Assembly (NCBI GenBank): GCA_051885115.1 | Contig: JBJEWP010000024.1 | Location: 12,002 to 76,001, forward strand | Length of the DNA: 64,000 nt | Origin: Stenotrophomonas sp. | Lineage (GTDB): Bacteria > Pseudomonadota > Gammaproteobacteria > Xanthomonadales > Xanthomonadaceae | Direction: 5' to 3' | In this document: positions 9,852-19,162 of the stretch, in pieces | Position numbering within the stretch: position 1 is the stretch's first letter | How the letters are laid out: every line of letters starts with the position of its first letter | The notes under the pieces: model-generated | The model's input: the letters and a program-made list of their open reading frames with translations, nothing else | Database searches by the model: none | What the model was told of the DNA's origin: nothing | Made by a program: the position numbers and the translations under genes

Positions 9852-11342
9852 TCAAAGGTCTGGGGCACGGATGAGCAGGTTGATTTCCAGTTCGTGCAGC
9901 AGTTGTTCCTGTACGGCCGACTGCACAAAGCCCGGCTCGATGGCGCGCAGGCGGCGCAGCGATTCCTCGGCGGTCAGGCCCTGGCGGACCAGCCAGCTGC
10001 CAAGCACGGTGCCGGTGCGGCCCAGCCCGGCCAGGCAGTGCACGGCCACCACCTCGCCCTGGTCGAGCAGGCGCTCGATCTTGACCAGCAGCATCTTCAT
10101 CCACATCAGTGGCGGCGCATGGCGGTCTACCACGCTCATGTGCAGGGTGCGCAGGCCAGCGGCAGGAATGGCCGTCTGGGTCATCGGCCTTTCGGTGAGG
10201 TTGATCAGCACGGTGATTCCGACGTTGCGCAGCAGGGCCAGGTCATGTTCCAGCGGCAGCATCGCTCCGGGCATCGGGCAGCCGGCCAGCTTGCCCGGCA
10301 CCAGCCAGTGGAAGCCGGTGGGGCCGCGGCTGGCAGGCAGCACCCCGGGTGGCAGGGTGTCCGGCCGACCCAGATCACGGGTCAGGCTGGCTGCGTTGCC
10401 ATCGGCCGGAGTCATGGCAATGGGGGCGGGGGCATTGACGGCCAGCGGTGGCGTTGTGGCAGGTGCTGCAGGTGGTGCAGTGACGGCCGCAGGTTCGGTG
10501 GCAATCCCGCCCATATTGTCGTAGCCGGCTTCCAGATCTTCCGGGCGGCTGTCCGGGGCAGCGACATGGCAGCTGCCGGTGCGCAGGAACTGGGCCAGCA
10601 CCGGGTGATTGTCCGGGTTGGCGAAGAAGCCGGCGTTGTCGCAGGCCACCTGGACCCGGCCGCCGGCCAGCAGGACGAGGTGGTCGGCAATCTGCCTTGC
10701 CTGCTGCTGGTTGTGCAGCACCACCAGGCAGGTGTGGCTGCCGCCCAGCTGGCGGATCAGCTGCAGCACCCGCTCGCTCTGGCCAGCATCCAGCTCGCTG
10801 GTCGGCTCGTCGATGAGCAGGATCTGGCTGCCGGTCAGAACCGCGCGCACGATCATGGCGCAGCGCATCAGCTCGCGCGGCAGGTCGAACAGGCGTTGTT
10901 CGCACTTGTCCAGCAGCTCGGTCAGGCCGTAGTGCTGCAGGGCGTCCAATGCGCGCTGGCGCATCTGTGCCGGGCTCAGTGTCATGCCGCTGACACGTTG
11001 CGCCGCTACAAGGGAGTCGAGCAGGCTGAAGTCCAGCTCGCGTGGGTGCTGCTGGGCCAGGGCTGGAGGGGCACCGGCCAGCGTATGCAGTGGCTGACCG
11101 TCAATCTGGATGCTGCCCTGGACGCTGCCATGGGCGCTGTGCAGGCCGGCAAGGGTCTTGAGCAGAGTGGATTTCCCAGTTCCCCCCGGGCCCATCACGA
11201 CGGTGATGCCCGGGCCACGGATGGACAGGTTGATCCCGGTCAGGATGGTGCGCCGGCCAAGCTGGATGCCCCAGTCGACAAAATCAATTTGCCCGCCCGG
11301 TAATTGCTGCTCACCGTCAGGACAGGAAAAATCTACCGTCAT
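9852..11342 (-). CDS. ABC-type ATPase domain fused to a dual-specificity (CX5R) phosphatase
   Basis: Walker A GPGGTGKS, Walker B ILLIDE, H-loop VLHN, P/A-rich linker, FHWLVPGKLAG...VHCLAGLGRTG; start ATG 11342 or GTG 11375. Confidence 0.85.
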   Translation of the reverse strand: MTVDFSCPDGEQQLPGGQIDFVDWGIQLGRRTILTGINLSIRGPGITVVMGPGGTGKSTLLKTLAGLHSAHGSVQGSIQIDGQPLHTLAGAPPALAQQHPRELDFSLLDSLVAAQRVSGMTLSPAQMRQRALDALQHYGLTELLDKCEQRLFDLPRELMRCAMIVRAVLTGSQILLIDEPTSELDAGQSERVLQLIRQLGGSHTCLVVLHNQQQARQIADHLVLLAGGRVQVACDNAGFFANPDNHPVLAQFLRTGSCHVAAPDSRPEDLEAGYDNMGGIATEPAAVTAPPAAPATTPPLAVNAPAPIAMTPADGNAASLTRDLGRPDTLPPGVLPASRGPTGFHWLVPGKLAGCPMPGAMLPLEHDLALLRNVGITVLINLTERPMTQTAIPAAGLRTLHMSVVDRHAPPLMWMKMLLVKIERLLDQGEVVAVHCLAGLGRTGTVLGSWLVRQGLTAEESLRRLRAIEPGFVQSAVQEQLLHELEINLLIRAPDL

Positions 11343-11523
11343 TGAAAATCCCGAAACGTCGCTGTTCTTTGCCACTCCTGCGGAGCGGCTCCCCTGTACA
11401 AACCGTGCAACCGGACTTCAACGCCCAAACGTGTGTTCAGTGTTGCCCGTGCTGCCTTCCCTGTCCACGTCAGAAAGTGTGGTGCAGGGCACAAAAGTGT
11501 GCGCCATTGTGCAGTCTTGCCAA

Positions 11524-12342
11524 TTAACCCAGCTTGGCCAACTCACGTCCGCGTTGGCAGGCCGCGGCAATGGCCTGGCTGACCAGCGGCTGCAGGCCAC
11601 CGCCAGCCAGCACTTCCAGTGCGGCCTGGGTGGTGCCGTTGGGCGATGTGACGGCCTGGCGCAACTGGGTCGGCGACTGGCCGCTCTCGCTGAGCATGCG
11701 GCCGGCGCCGAGGATGGTCTGCACCACCAGCTGGTGGGCGCTGTCGGCATCCAGGCCCTGCTCGATCGCCGCCGCCTGCATCGCTTCGGCCAGGGCAAAG
11801 ACATAGGCCGGGCCGGAGCCGGACACCGCGGTCACCGCATCCATCAGGCTTTCATCGTCGATCCAGCGCACCTGGCCGGCGGCCTGCAGGATGCGCGCCG
11901 CCTGTTCGCGCTCGGCTTGATCGCTGCGTGCGTCGGCATACAGGCCGGTCATGCCGGCACCAAGCAGGGCTGGGGTGTTGGGCATGGCGCGCACCACCCG
12001 CGCGGCATCCCCCAGCCACTGCTGCAGGGTGGCGCTGGTGATGCCGGCGGCAATGGAGATGACCTGCTGGCCGGCGGGCAGGCGCGGGGCCAGTCCGGCG
12101 CAGACGCTGGCCATCACCTGCGGCTTGACTGCCAGCACCCAGCTGGCCGCCTGCAGGCTGGCGCTGTCGATGCTGGCGGCAACACGCACCGCGTACTGCT
12201 GCTGCAGCGCCTGGCGCAGGCTGTCCACCGGCTCGACGACCTCGATCGCGTCGGGCTCGGTGCCGCCCTTGAGCAGGCCGGCAACCAGGCTGCGCGCCAT
12301 GTTGCCGCCACCAATGAAGCTCACCAGAAGGGTTGAAGACAT
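11524..12342 (-). CDS. proC: Pyrroline-5-carboxylate reductase
   Basis: FIGGGNMA, LAVKPQ, RAMPNTP, AVSGSGPAY, VTSPNGTT. Confidence 0.97.
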   Translation of the reverse strand: MSSTLLVSFIGGGNMARSLVAGLLKGGTEPDAIEVVEPVDSLRQALQQQYAVRVAASIDSASLQAASWVLAVKPQVMASVCAGLAPRLPAGQQVISIAAGITSATLQQWLGDAARVVRAMPNTPALLGAGMTGLYADARSDQAEREQAARILQAAGQVRWIDDESLMDAVTAVSGSGPAYVFALAEAMQAAAIEQGLDADSAHQLVVQTILGAGRMLSESGQSPTQLRQAVTSPNGTTQAALEVLAGGGLQPLVSQAIAAACQRGRELAKLG

Positions 12343-12364
12343 GGCCGGGTTCCTTGTGCTGGGG

Positions 12365-13066
12365 TCAATTCTGGGCGGGGCCGGGGGCGGGTTTGCCGGG
12401 GCGCGCACCGAACAGGGCGCTGCCGACCCGGACCAGGGTGGCGCCGGCGCTCACCGCCTGCGGGTAATCGGCACTCATGCCCATGGACAGGGTGTCGGCT
12501 TGCGGGTAGCTGGCCTGCAGTCGCCGCTGCAGTGCAGCCATGGCCTGGAAGGCCGGCAGTGACAGCTGCGGGTCGTCATGGGCGGCGGGAATGGCCATCA
12601 GCCCGCGCAGGCGCAGCCGGGGCTGGGCAGCGATACGTGCGGCCAGCGGCATCACCTGCGACGGGGTGCAGCCGTGCTTGCTGTGCTCGTCGTCAATGTT
12701 GACCTGGATCAGCACGTTCAGCGGTGTGGCAGCGGCCGGACGGTAGCGGGCCAGGGCGTCGACCAGCTTGTCGCGGTCCACGCTGTGCACCCAGTCAAAG
12801 TGGCTGGCGGCCAGCTCGGCCTTGTTGGACTGCAGATGGCCGATCAGGTGCCACTCCAGCGACAGGTCGGCCAGCTCGGCGATCTTGGCCAGTGCTTCCT
12901 GCACGTAGTTCTCACCGAACGCGCGCTGGCCTTGCGCGGCCAGGGCGGCTACCGATGCTGCCGGCTGGGTCTTGGACACCGCCAGCAGCTGTGCAGCCGG
13001 CCGGCCGGTGGCTGCGGCGAGCTGCTGCAGGCGGCTCAGGATCAATGACAGCGGGGTGGCGGACAC
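12365..13066 (-). CDS. yggS: PLP homeostasis protein (YggS family)
   Basis: LLAVSKTQ, FGENYVQE, WHLIGHLQSNK, LSMGMS, VRVGSALFG; GTG start inferred. Confidence 0.95.
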   Translation of the reverse strand: MSATPLSLILSRLQQLAAATGRPAAQLLAVSKTQPAASVAALAAQGQRAFGENYVQEALAKIAELADLSLEWHLIGHLQSNKAELAASHFDWVHSVDRDKLVDALARYRPAAATPLNVLIQVNIDDEHSKHGCTPSQVMPLAARIAAQPRLRLRGLMAIPAAHDDPQLSLPAFQAMAALQRRLQASYPQADTLSMGMSADYPQAVSAGATLVRVGSALFGARPGKPAPGPAQN

Positions 13067-13151
13067 GGCATTTCCAGCTTGGGCAAGGAGGCTATACTGC
13101 CCCCCGGGGACATTTCCTTCCAGCCAACGGCTACCCAGGGGATCAAAAAGT

Positions 13152-14189
13152 ATGGATATCGCCGAACTACTGGCGTTCTCGGTCAAGAACAAGGCCTCGG
13201 ACCTGCACCTGTCTGCCGGCCTGCCGCCGATGATTCGCGTTGATGGCGACGTGCGCCGCATCAACATTCCGGCACTGGACCACAAGCAGGTCCACGCGCT
13301 GGTCTACGACATCATGAGCGACAAGCAGCGTCGTGACTTCGAAGAATTCCTCGAGGTCGACTTCTCCTTCGAAATTCCCTCGCTGGCGCGCTTCCGTGTC
13401 AACGCGTTCAACCAGAACCGTGGCGCCGGTGCGGTGTTCCGTACCATTCCTTCCGAAGTGCTTACCCTGGAAGACCTGGCCTGCCCGCCGATCTTCCGCG
13501 AGCTGATCGAACAGCCGCAGGGGCTGATCCTGGTCACCGGGCCGACCGGCTCGGGCAAGTCGACCACGCTGGCGGCGATGATCGACCACATCAACAAGAA
13601 CGAATACGGCCACATCCTCACCGTCGAGGACCCGATTGAATTCGTGCACACCCCGCAGAAATGCCTGATCAACCAGCGCGAAGTGCACCGTGACACCCAC
13701 GGCTTCAACGAAGCGCTGCGTTCGGCCCTGCGTGAGGACCCGGACATCATCCTGGTCGGCGAATTGCGTGACCTGGAAACCATCCGCCTGGCGCTGACCG
13801 CGGCGGAAACCGGCCACCTGGTGTTCGGCACCCTGCACACCAGCTCGGCGGCCAAGACCATCGACCGTATCATCGACGTGTTCCCGGCCGGCGAAAAGCC
13901 GATGGTGCGCTCGATGCTGTCCGAGTCGCTGCGCGCGGTGATTTCCCAGGCCCTGCTGAAGAAGGTTGGCGGCGGCCGAGTTGCCTCGCACGAAATCATG
14001 GTGGCCACCCCGGCCATCCGCAACCTGATCCGCGAGGACAAGGTGGCGCAGATGTATTCGGCCATCCAGACCGGCCAGGCGATGGGCATGCAGACCCTGG
14101 ACCAGAACCTGCAGGACCTGGTCAAACGCAGCCTGGTCACCCGCAACCAGGCCCGCGAGTACGCCAAGGACAAGCGTTTGTTCGAATGA
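13152..14189 (+). CDS. pilT: Type IV pilus retraction ATPase PilT
   Basis: MDIAELLAFSVKNKASDLHL, GPTGSGKST, LREDPD, AIRNLIRE. Confidence 0.98.
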   Translation: MDIAELLAFSVKNKASDLHLSAGLPPMIRVDGDVRRINIPALDHKQVHALVYDIMSDKQRRDFEEFLEVDFSFEIPSLARFRVNAFNQNRGAGAVFRTIPSEVLTLEDLACPPIFRELIEQPQGLILVTGPTGSGKSTTLAAMIDHINKNEYGHILTVEDPIEFVHTPQKCLINQREVHRDTHGFNEALRSALREDPDIILVGELRDLETIRLALTAAETGHLVFGTLHTSSAAKTIDRIIDVFPAGEKPMVRSMLSESLRAVISQALLKKVGGGRVASHEIMVATPAIRNLIREDKVAQMYSAIQTGQAMGMQTLDQNLQDLVKRSLVTRNQAREYAKDKRLFE

Positions 14190-14279
14190 TCCACCCGGCA
14201 CGGGCCGGGGCGCTGTGCCCTGGCCGGTGCCGGCAACACTGTTACCGACGTCCCCCGCCGCCTACCGCCGGAGTAGCCC

Positions 14280-15410
14280 ATGAGCAGCCTCGACTTCACT
14301 TCCTTCCTCAAGCTGATGGCGCACCAGAAGGCGTCGGACCTGTTCATCACCGCCGGCATGCCGCCGGCGATGAAGGTGAACGGCAAGATCAGCCCGATCA
14401 CCCAGACCCCGCTCACCGCGCAGCAGAGCCGCGACATGGTGCTCAACGTGATGACGCCCAAGCAGCGCGAGGAGTTTGAAAAGACCCACGAGTGCAATTT
14501 CGCCATCGGCGTGGCCGGGGTGGGGCGTTTCCGTGTCAGCTGCTTCTACCAGCGCAATCAGGTGGGCATGGTGCTGCGCCGGATCGAGACCCGCATTCCC
14601 ACCGTGGAAGAGCTGTCGCTGCCGCCGGTGATCAAGTCACTGGCCATGACCAAGCGCGGCATCATCATCTTCGTCGGCGCCACCGGCACCGGCAAGTCGA
14701 CCTCGCTGGCAGCGATGATCGGTTACCGCAACCAGAACTCGTCCGGCCACATCATCACCATCGAGGACCCGATCGAGTTCGTGCACAAGCACGCCGGCTG
14801 CATCATCACCCAGCGTGAAGTGGGAATTGATACCGACACCTGGGAGGCGGCGCTGAAGAACACCCTGCGCCAGGCCCCGGACGTGATCATGATCGGCGAG
14901 GTGCGCACCCGCGAGGGCATGGACCACGCCATCGCCTTCGCCGAAACCGGCCACCTGGTGCTGTGCACCCTGCATGCCAACAACGCCAACCAGGCGATGG
15001 ACCGCATCATCAACTTCTTCCCCGAAGACCGCCGCAACCAGTTGCTGATGGACCTGTCGCTGAACCTGAAGGGTGTGGTGGCCCAGCAGCTGGTGCCGAC
15101 CCCGGACGGCAAGGGGCGCAAGGTGGCGATGGAAATCCTGCTCGGCACCCCGCTGGTGCAGGACTACATCCGCGACGGCGAGGTGCACAAGCTCAAGGAA
15201 GTGATGAAGGATTCGGTCCAGCTGGGCATGAAGACCTTCGACCAGAGCCTGTTCGAGCTCTACCAGGCCGGTGAGATCAGCTACGACGACGCGCTGCGCT
15301 TTGCAGACTCGCAGAACGAAGTGCGGCTGCGCATCAAGCTGTCCCAAGGCGGCGATGCCAAGACCCTGGCCCAGGGCCTGGATGGGGTGGAGATCGCCGA
15401 AGTTCGTTGA
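14280..15410 (+). CDS. pilU: Type IV pilus retraction ATPase PilU
   Basis: GATGTGKST, LRQAPD, TLHANNANQ; follows pilT. Confidence 0.97.
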   Translation: MSSLDFTSFLKLMAHQKASDLFITAGMPPAMKVNGKISPITQTPLTAQQSRDMVLNVMTPKQREEFEKTHECNFAIGVAGVGRFRVSCFYQRNQVGMVLRRIETRIPTVEELSLPPVIKSLAMTKRGIIIFVGATGTGKSTSLAAMIGYRNQNSSGHIITIEDPIEFVHKHAGCIITQREVGIDTDTWEAALKNTLRQAPDVIMIGEVRTREGMDHAIAFAETGHLVLCTLHANNANQAMDRIINFFPEDRRNQLLMDLSLNLKGVVAQQLVPTPDGKGRKVAMEILLGTPLVQDYIRDGEVHKLKEVMKDSVQLGMKTFDQSLFELYQAGEISYDDALRFADSQNEVRLRIKLSQGGDAKTLAQGLDGVEIAEVR

Positions 15411-15438
15411 TCGTGCGAGCAATTCCGGCTTCAAGCTG

Positions 15439-15469
15439 ACGCCCGGCTGCCTGCCGGGCGTTTCCTTTT
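15439..15469 (+). terminator. Terminator after pilU
   Basis: ACGCCCGGC-TGCCT-GCCGGGCGT then TTCCTTTT. Confidence 0.75.
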
Positions 15470-15536
15470 GTGCGGATGCAGCAAAAATAGTTTCAATTGT
15501 GTCTAATACACTTCCCCCCGCACGATCCCCGCTGGC

Positions 15537-16211
15537 ATGCCTGCGTCCGTTCCTCCGGCCGCCTCTCCGGCCGTTCCCTCGACTGTCCCGCCGCGGCCCC
15601 AGGCGCCGGGCAGTGGCCATGGCCCGATTGATGACATCCAGGGCCTGCTGCTGGCCACCCTGGTCAGTTCGATGGGCCTGGCCATCCTGGCCCACGACAA
15701 CCTGCTGGTTGGCGGCATGGCCGGGCTGTCGTTGTTGCTGCACTACGCCTTCGACTGGCCGTTCTCACTGGTCTTTGTGCTCGGCAACCTGCCGTTCTAC
15801 TGGCTCTCGGTGCGCCGCATGGGCTGGGAGTTCACCCTCAAGACCTTTGTCGCGGTGGCAGCCTGCGGCGCCCTGACCGATATCCTGCCGCACTGGATCG
15901 ACATCACCTTCAGCGGTGACAGCGCCCTGATGTCGGCGGTGATCGGCGGCTGTCTGACTGGCCTGGGCATCCTGTTTTTCGTGCGTCACCGCGCCTCGCT
16001 GGGCGGCATCGGCATCCTGGCCATCTACCTGCAGCAGTCGCGTGGCTGGAACGCAGGCCTGTTCCAGCTGGCCTATGACCTGCTGTTGATGGCCGTTGCG
16101 CTGTTGGTGCTGCCGGCCAGCAATGTGGCTTATTCGGTGGTCGGAGCCATCCTGATCGGCATGGTGCTGGGCTTCAACCACCGCCCCGGGCGCTATCAGG
16201 GCCGCTGCTGA
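15537..16211 (+). CDS. YitT family membrane protein
   Basis: GGMAGLSLLL, NLPFY, RHRASLGGIGILA; about 6 TMs. Confidence 0.85.
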   Translation: MPASVPPAASPAVPSTVPPRPQAPGSGHGPIDDIQGLLLATLVSSMGLAILAHDNLLVGGMAGLSLLLHYAFDWPFSLVFVLGNLPFYWLSVRRMGWEFTLKTFVAVAACGALTDILPHWIDITFSGDSALMSAVIGGCLTGLGILFFVRHRASLGGIGILAIYLQQSRGWNAGLFQLAYDLLLMAVALLVLPASNVAYSVVGAILIGMVLGFNHRPGRYQGRC

Positions 16212-16747
16212 AGGCCCTGGGCCCAGGCAGCGCCGGCATCGATGGTGCGGGCGTGGACCGGGCAGTCGGCGGCATGGGCACCGGGCAGCCAGCCGGTGCT
16301 CATCAGGAACTCGCCGGTGATCTGCCCGCCGGTGAAGCGGAAGGTCTTCCTGAACAGCTTGACCCAGTCGGCCTTGCTGCGCGGGTGGTGGGCCGCCAGC
16401 CAGGCGTGGAAGCCGCCATGGCTGTGGCGCAGGGCCTTGATCACTTGCGCATTGTGGATGGCGGCGGCCACCTTCAGCCGGTTGCGGATGATGCCGGCGT
16501 CGGCCAGCAGGCGCTGCACCTGGTCCGGGCCGTAGGCGGCCACCGTGTCCACGTCGAAACCGTCATAGGCACGGCGGAAGTTGTCCTGTTTGGCCAGGAT
16601 GGTCAACCAGCTCAGCCCGGCCTGGTTGATCTCCAGCACCAGACGTTCGAACAGGGCGGCTTCCTCGCTGACCGGAAAACCGTAATGACGGTCGTGGTAG
16701 GGCCCGTGCAGCGGGTGGCCGGGAGCAAACTGGCAGTAACTGGACAT
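16196..16747 (-). CDS. tag: DNA-3-methyladenine glycosylase I
   Basis: YHDRHYG, LEINQAGLSW, IIRNRLK, EFLMSTG, H..DC zinc ligands. Confidence 0.92.
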   Translation of the reverse strand: MSSYCQFAPGHPLHGPYHDRHYGFPVSEEAALFERLVLEINQAGLSWLTILAKQDNFRRAYDGFDVDTVAAYGPDQVQRLLADAGIIRNRLKVAAAIHNAQVIKALRHSHGGFHAWLAAHHPRSKADWVKLFRKTFRFTGGQITGEFLMSTGWLPGAHAADCPVHARTIDAGAAWAQGLQQRP

Positions 16748-16802
16748 GAGGGTGTGCCTTCGTGCACGGCCTGAAACAGCCGCAAGGCGATAGAATGGCG
16801 CA

Positions 16803-17369
16803 ATGTCCAGTCCCGCGCTTGCCCTGACCAACCACCTGCTGGTGGCCGCTCCCTCGCTGCAGAGCGAGCCGTTCGCCCGTGGTGTGGCCCTGATCTGCCA
16901 GCACGACGACGACGGTGCGATGGGGGTACTGGTCAACCAGGCTTCCGAATATACCCTCGGCGATGTGTTCGAGCAGATCGGCCTGCACAGTGACGATGCG
17001 CAGCTGCAGGCGGTGCCGGTGCTCAACGGCGGCCCGGTGCACACCGAGCGCGGCTTTGTGATCCATGACGATGCCCGCCGCTGGGGCTCGAGCCTGACTG
17101 TGGCCGAAGGCCTTTTTTTGACCACCTCGCGCGACATCCTGCAGGCCATGGCCGAAGGCAACGGCCCGCGCAATGCGCTGGTTGCCCTGGGCTGCGCCGG
17201 CTGGGGACCGGGCCAGCTGGAGGCCGAGCTGGCCGAGAACAGCTGGCTGACCGTGCCCAATGGCGGGCCGATCCTGTTCCAGGTACCGCTGGCCGAGCGC
17301 TGGCAGGGTGCGGCCGGCCTGCTCGGGGTGGACATGGCCCACCTGGCCGACTACAGCGGGCGGGCCTGA
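16803..17369 (+). CDS. algH: YqgE/AlgH family protein
   Basis: GAMGVLVN, GGPVHTERGF, LGCAGWGPGQLE. Confidence 0.93.
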   Translation: MSSPALALTNHLLVAAPSLQSEPFARGVALICQHDDDGAMGVLVNQASEYTLGDVFEQIGLHSDDAQLQAVPVLNGGPVHTERGFVIHDDARRWGSSLTVAEGLFLTTSRDILQAMAEGNGPRNALVALGCAGWGPGQLEAELAENSWLTVPNGGPILFQVPLAERWQGAAGLLGVDMAHLADYSGRA

Positions 17370-17372
17370 GCC

Positions 17373-17831
17373 ATGGGCCACATTCCTGCCGACAGCACCG
17401 TGCTGGGCTTTGACGTGGGCTCGCGCCGGATCGGCGTGGCCATCGGTTCGGCCTTTGCGGTGGCCGCACGTGCGATTGCGGTGGTGGAAATTCCCGCCGC
17501 CGGCATCGACTGGGCCGCCATCGACCGGCTGATCGCCGAATGGCGGCCGCAGGGCCTGGTGGTCGGTGACCCGCTGACCCTGGAGGGCGAGGACCAGCCC
17601 AACCGCAAGCGTGCCCATGCCTTTGCCCGCCAGCTGCTGAGCCGCTATTCGGTGCCGGTGGTGCTGGTGGATGAACGATCTTCTTCGGTCGAGGCGGCGC
17701 GCCGTTTCGCGCAGCAGCGTGCCAGCGGGCACAAGCGCAAGCGTGATGCAGCCAGCCTCGACGCCGTTGCCGCGGCAGTGATCATCGAGCGCTGGCTTGA
17801 TGCCCCCGGTGACGCCCTTCCGGTTTCCTAG
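17373..17831 (+). CDS. ruvX: Holliday junction resolvase-like / pre-16S rRNA nuclease (YqgF/RuvX)
   Basis: LGFDVGSRRIGVAIG, VVGDP, DERSSS, DAVAA. Confidence 0.95.
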   Translation: MGHIPADSTVLGFDVGSRRIGVAIGSAFAVAARAIAVVEIPAAGIDWAAIDRLIAEWRPQGLVVGDPLTLEGEDQPNRKRAHAFARQLLSRYSVPVVLVDERSSSVEAARRFAQQRASGHKRKRDAASLDAVAAAVIIERWLDAPGDALPVS

Positions 17832-17851
17832 GCTCCCCCACCCCCTGCATC

Positions 17852-18808
17852 ATGACTGCCCAGCAATTGGATTCAACCGGCCGCCTGCGTCACCTTCTCA
17901 CTCTGGAGGGGATGCCCCGTCCCGTCCTTGAAGACCTGCTGGAACGGGCCCAGGCCTGCCATGACAGCGCCATCGGCCGCGACCAGTCGCGCCGCCAGGT
18001 GCTGGCCGGAAATGCGGTGTGTACCCTGTTCTTCGAGCCGTCCACCCGCACCCGTTCCTCCTTCACCCTGGCCGCGCAGCGGCTGGGTGCGGACGTGATG
18101 AGCTTTGATGCCTCTACTTCCTCGGCCAAGAAGGGCGAGACCGATAGCGACACCCTGCGCAACCTTGAAGCGATGGGCGTGCGCGGTTTTGTCATCCGCC
18201 ACCCCGACGACGGTGCAGTGGCCCGCCTGGCCGCGTCAGTGAAGCCGGAAACCTGCCTGCTCAATGCCGGTGACGGCCGTTCCGGCCACCCGACCCAGGG
18301 TCTGCTGGACATGCTGACCATCCGCCAGGCCAAGGGTGCTGACTTTTCCGCACTCAAGGTGCTGATCGTCGGCGATGTGAAGCATTCGCGGGTCGCGCGT
18401 ACCGACCTGCATGCGCTGCGTACCCTGGGCACCGGGCACATCGGTGTCTGTGGCCCGGCCAACCTGCTGCCCGAGGCCGATGATCCGGTGCTGGCCGGTT
18501 GCACCGTCGGTGAGGACTTCGATGCGATGGTGCAGGGCGTGGATGTGCTGATGATGCTGCGTCTGCAGCACGAACGCATGAGCGAAGGCCTGGTGCCGTC
18601 GCTGGAGCAGTACCACGCCCAGTACGGCCTGGATGCGCGTCGTCTGGCGATGGCCGCACCCGATGCGATCGTGATGCATCCGGGCCCGATCAACCGCGGG
18701 GTGGAAGTCACCGACGAGGTGGCCGATGGCCCGCAGTCGTGGATCCTGCGCCAGGTGGCCAATGGCGTGGCTGTGCGCATGGCCGCGTTGCAGGCCGTGC
18801 TGGGCTGA
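17852..18808 (+). CDS. pyrB: Aspartate carbamoyltransferase catalytic subunit
   Basis: FFEPSTRT, HPTQGLLD, GDVKHSRV, MHPGP. Confidence 0.97.
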   Translation: MTAQQLDSTGRLRHLLTLEGMPRPVLEDLLERAQACHDSAIGRDQSRRQVLAGNAVCTLFFEPSTRTRSSFTLAAQRLGADVMSFDASTSSAKKGETDSDTLRNLEAMGVRGFVIRHPDDGAVARLAASVKPETCLLNAGDGRSGHPTQGLLDMLTIRQAKGADFSALKVLIVGDVKHSRVARTDLHALRTLGTGHIGVCGPANLLPEADDPVLAGCTVGEDFDAMVQGVDVLMMLRLQHERMSEGLVPSLEQYHAQYGLDARRLAMAAPDAIVMHPGPINRGVEVTDEVADGPQSWILRQVANGVAVRMAALQAVLG

Positions 18809-18830
18809 GTAGCTGGACAGCAGCGGACAG

Positions 18831-18858
18831 ACAAAAGGCGCCGCAGGGCGCCTTTTGT
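18831..18858. terminator. Bidirectional terminator
   Basis: ACAAAAGGCGCC-GCAG-GGCGCCTTTTGT between convergent genes. Confidence 0.9.
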
Positions 18859-18876
18859 CGTTGTGGTTGCCGCCTT

Positions 18877-19146
18877 TCAGCTCCGGTGGGCGTGGAAGGC
18901 GTCCAGCAGCGCCAGCTGTTCCACCGCTTCGGGGTGGCCTGCCGCGGCAGCGGCCTGGACCTGGTCCAGGCCGGGGTGGATCACCACCAGCAACAGGCAC
19001 TCGCAGTGCGGGCAGCTGTATTCGCTCTGCTCGCGATGTGCGTCCATGGCCATGGCGGCGGCGTTGCCCTGCCAGCCACAGGCTGCACAGGTCTGCAGCT
19101 GGTCGCGCCAGAGCGGGGCGTAGTAGTTTTCGATGGTGGTGATCAT
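18877..19146 (-). CDS. Small hypothetical protein with CxxC...CxxC (zinc-ribbon-like)
   Basis: CAAC and CPHC pairs; located 17 nt after the mgtE stop and ending at the terminator. Confidence 0.65.
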   Translation of the reverse strand: MITTIENYYAPLWRDQLQTCAACGWQGNAAAMAMDAHREQSEYSCPHCECLLLVVIHPGLDQVQAAAAAGHPEAVEQLALLDAFHAHRS

Positions 19147-19162
19147 GACGACTGCGCCCGGG

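Noticed and set aside
6117-11523. Genomic island integrated at tRNA-Val
   Set aside because: The four genes look accessory, but there is no integrase, and I found no repeat of the tRNA 3' end or other att-like direct repeat at the proC side; composition is not clearly foreign
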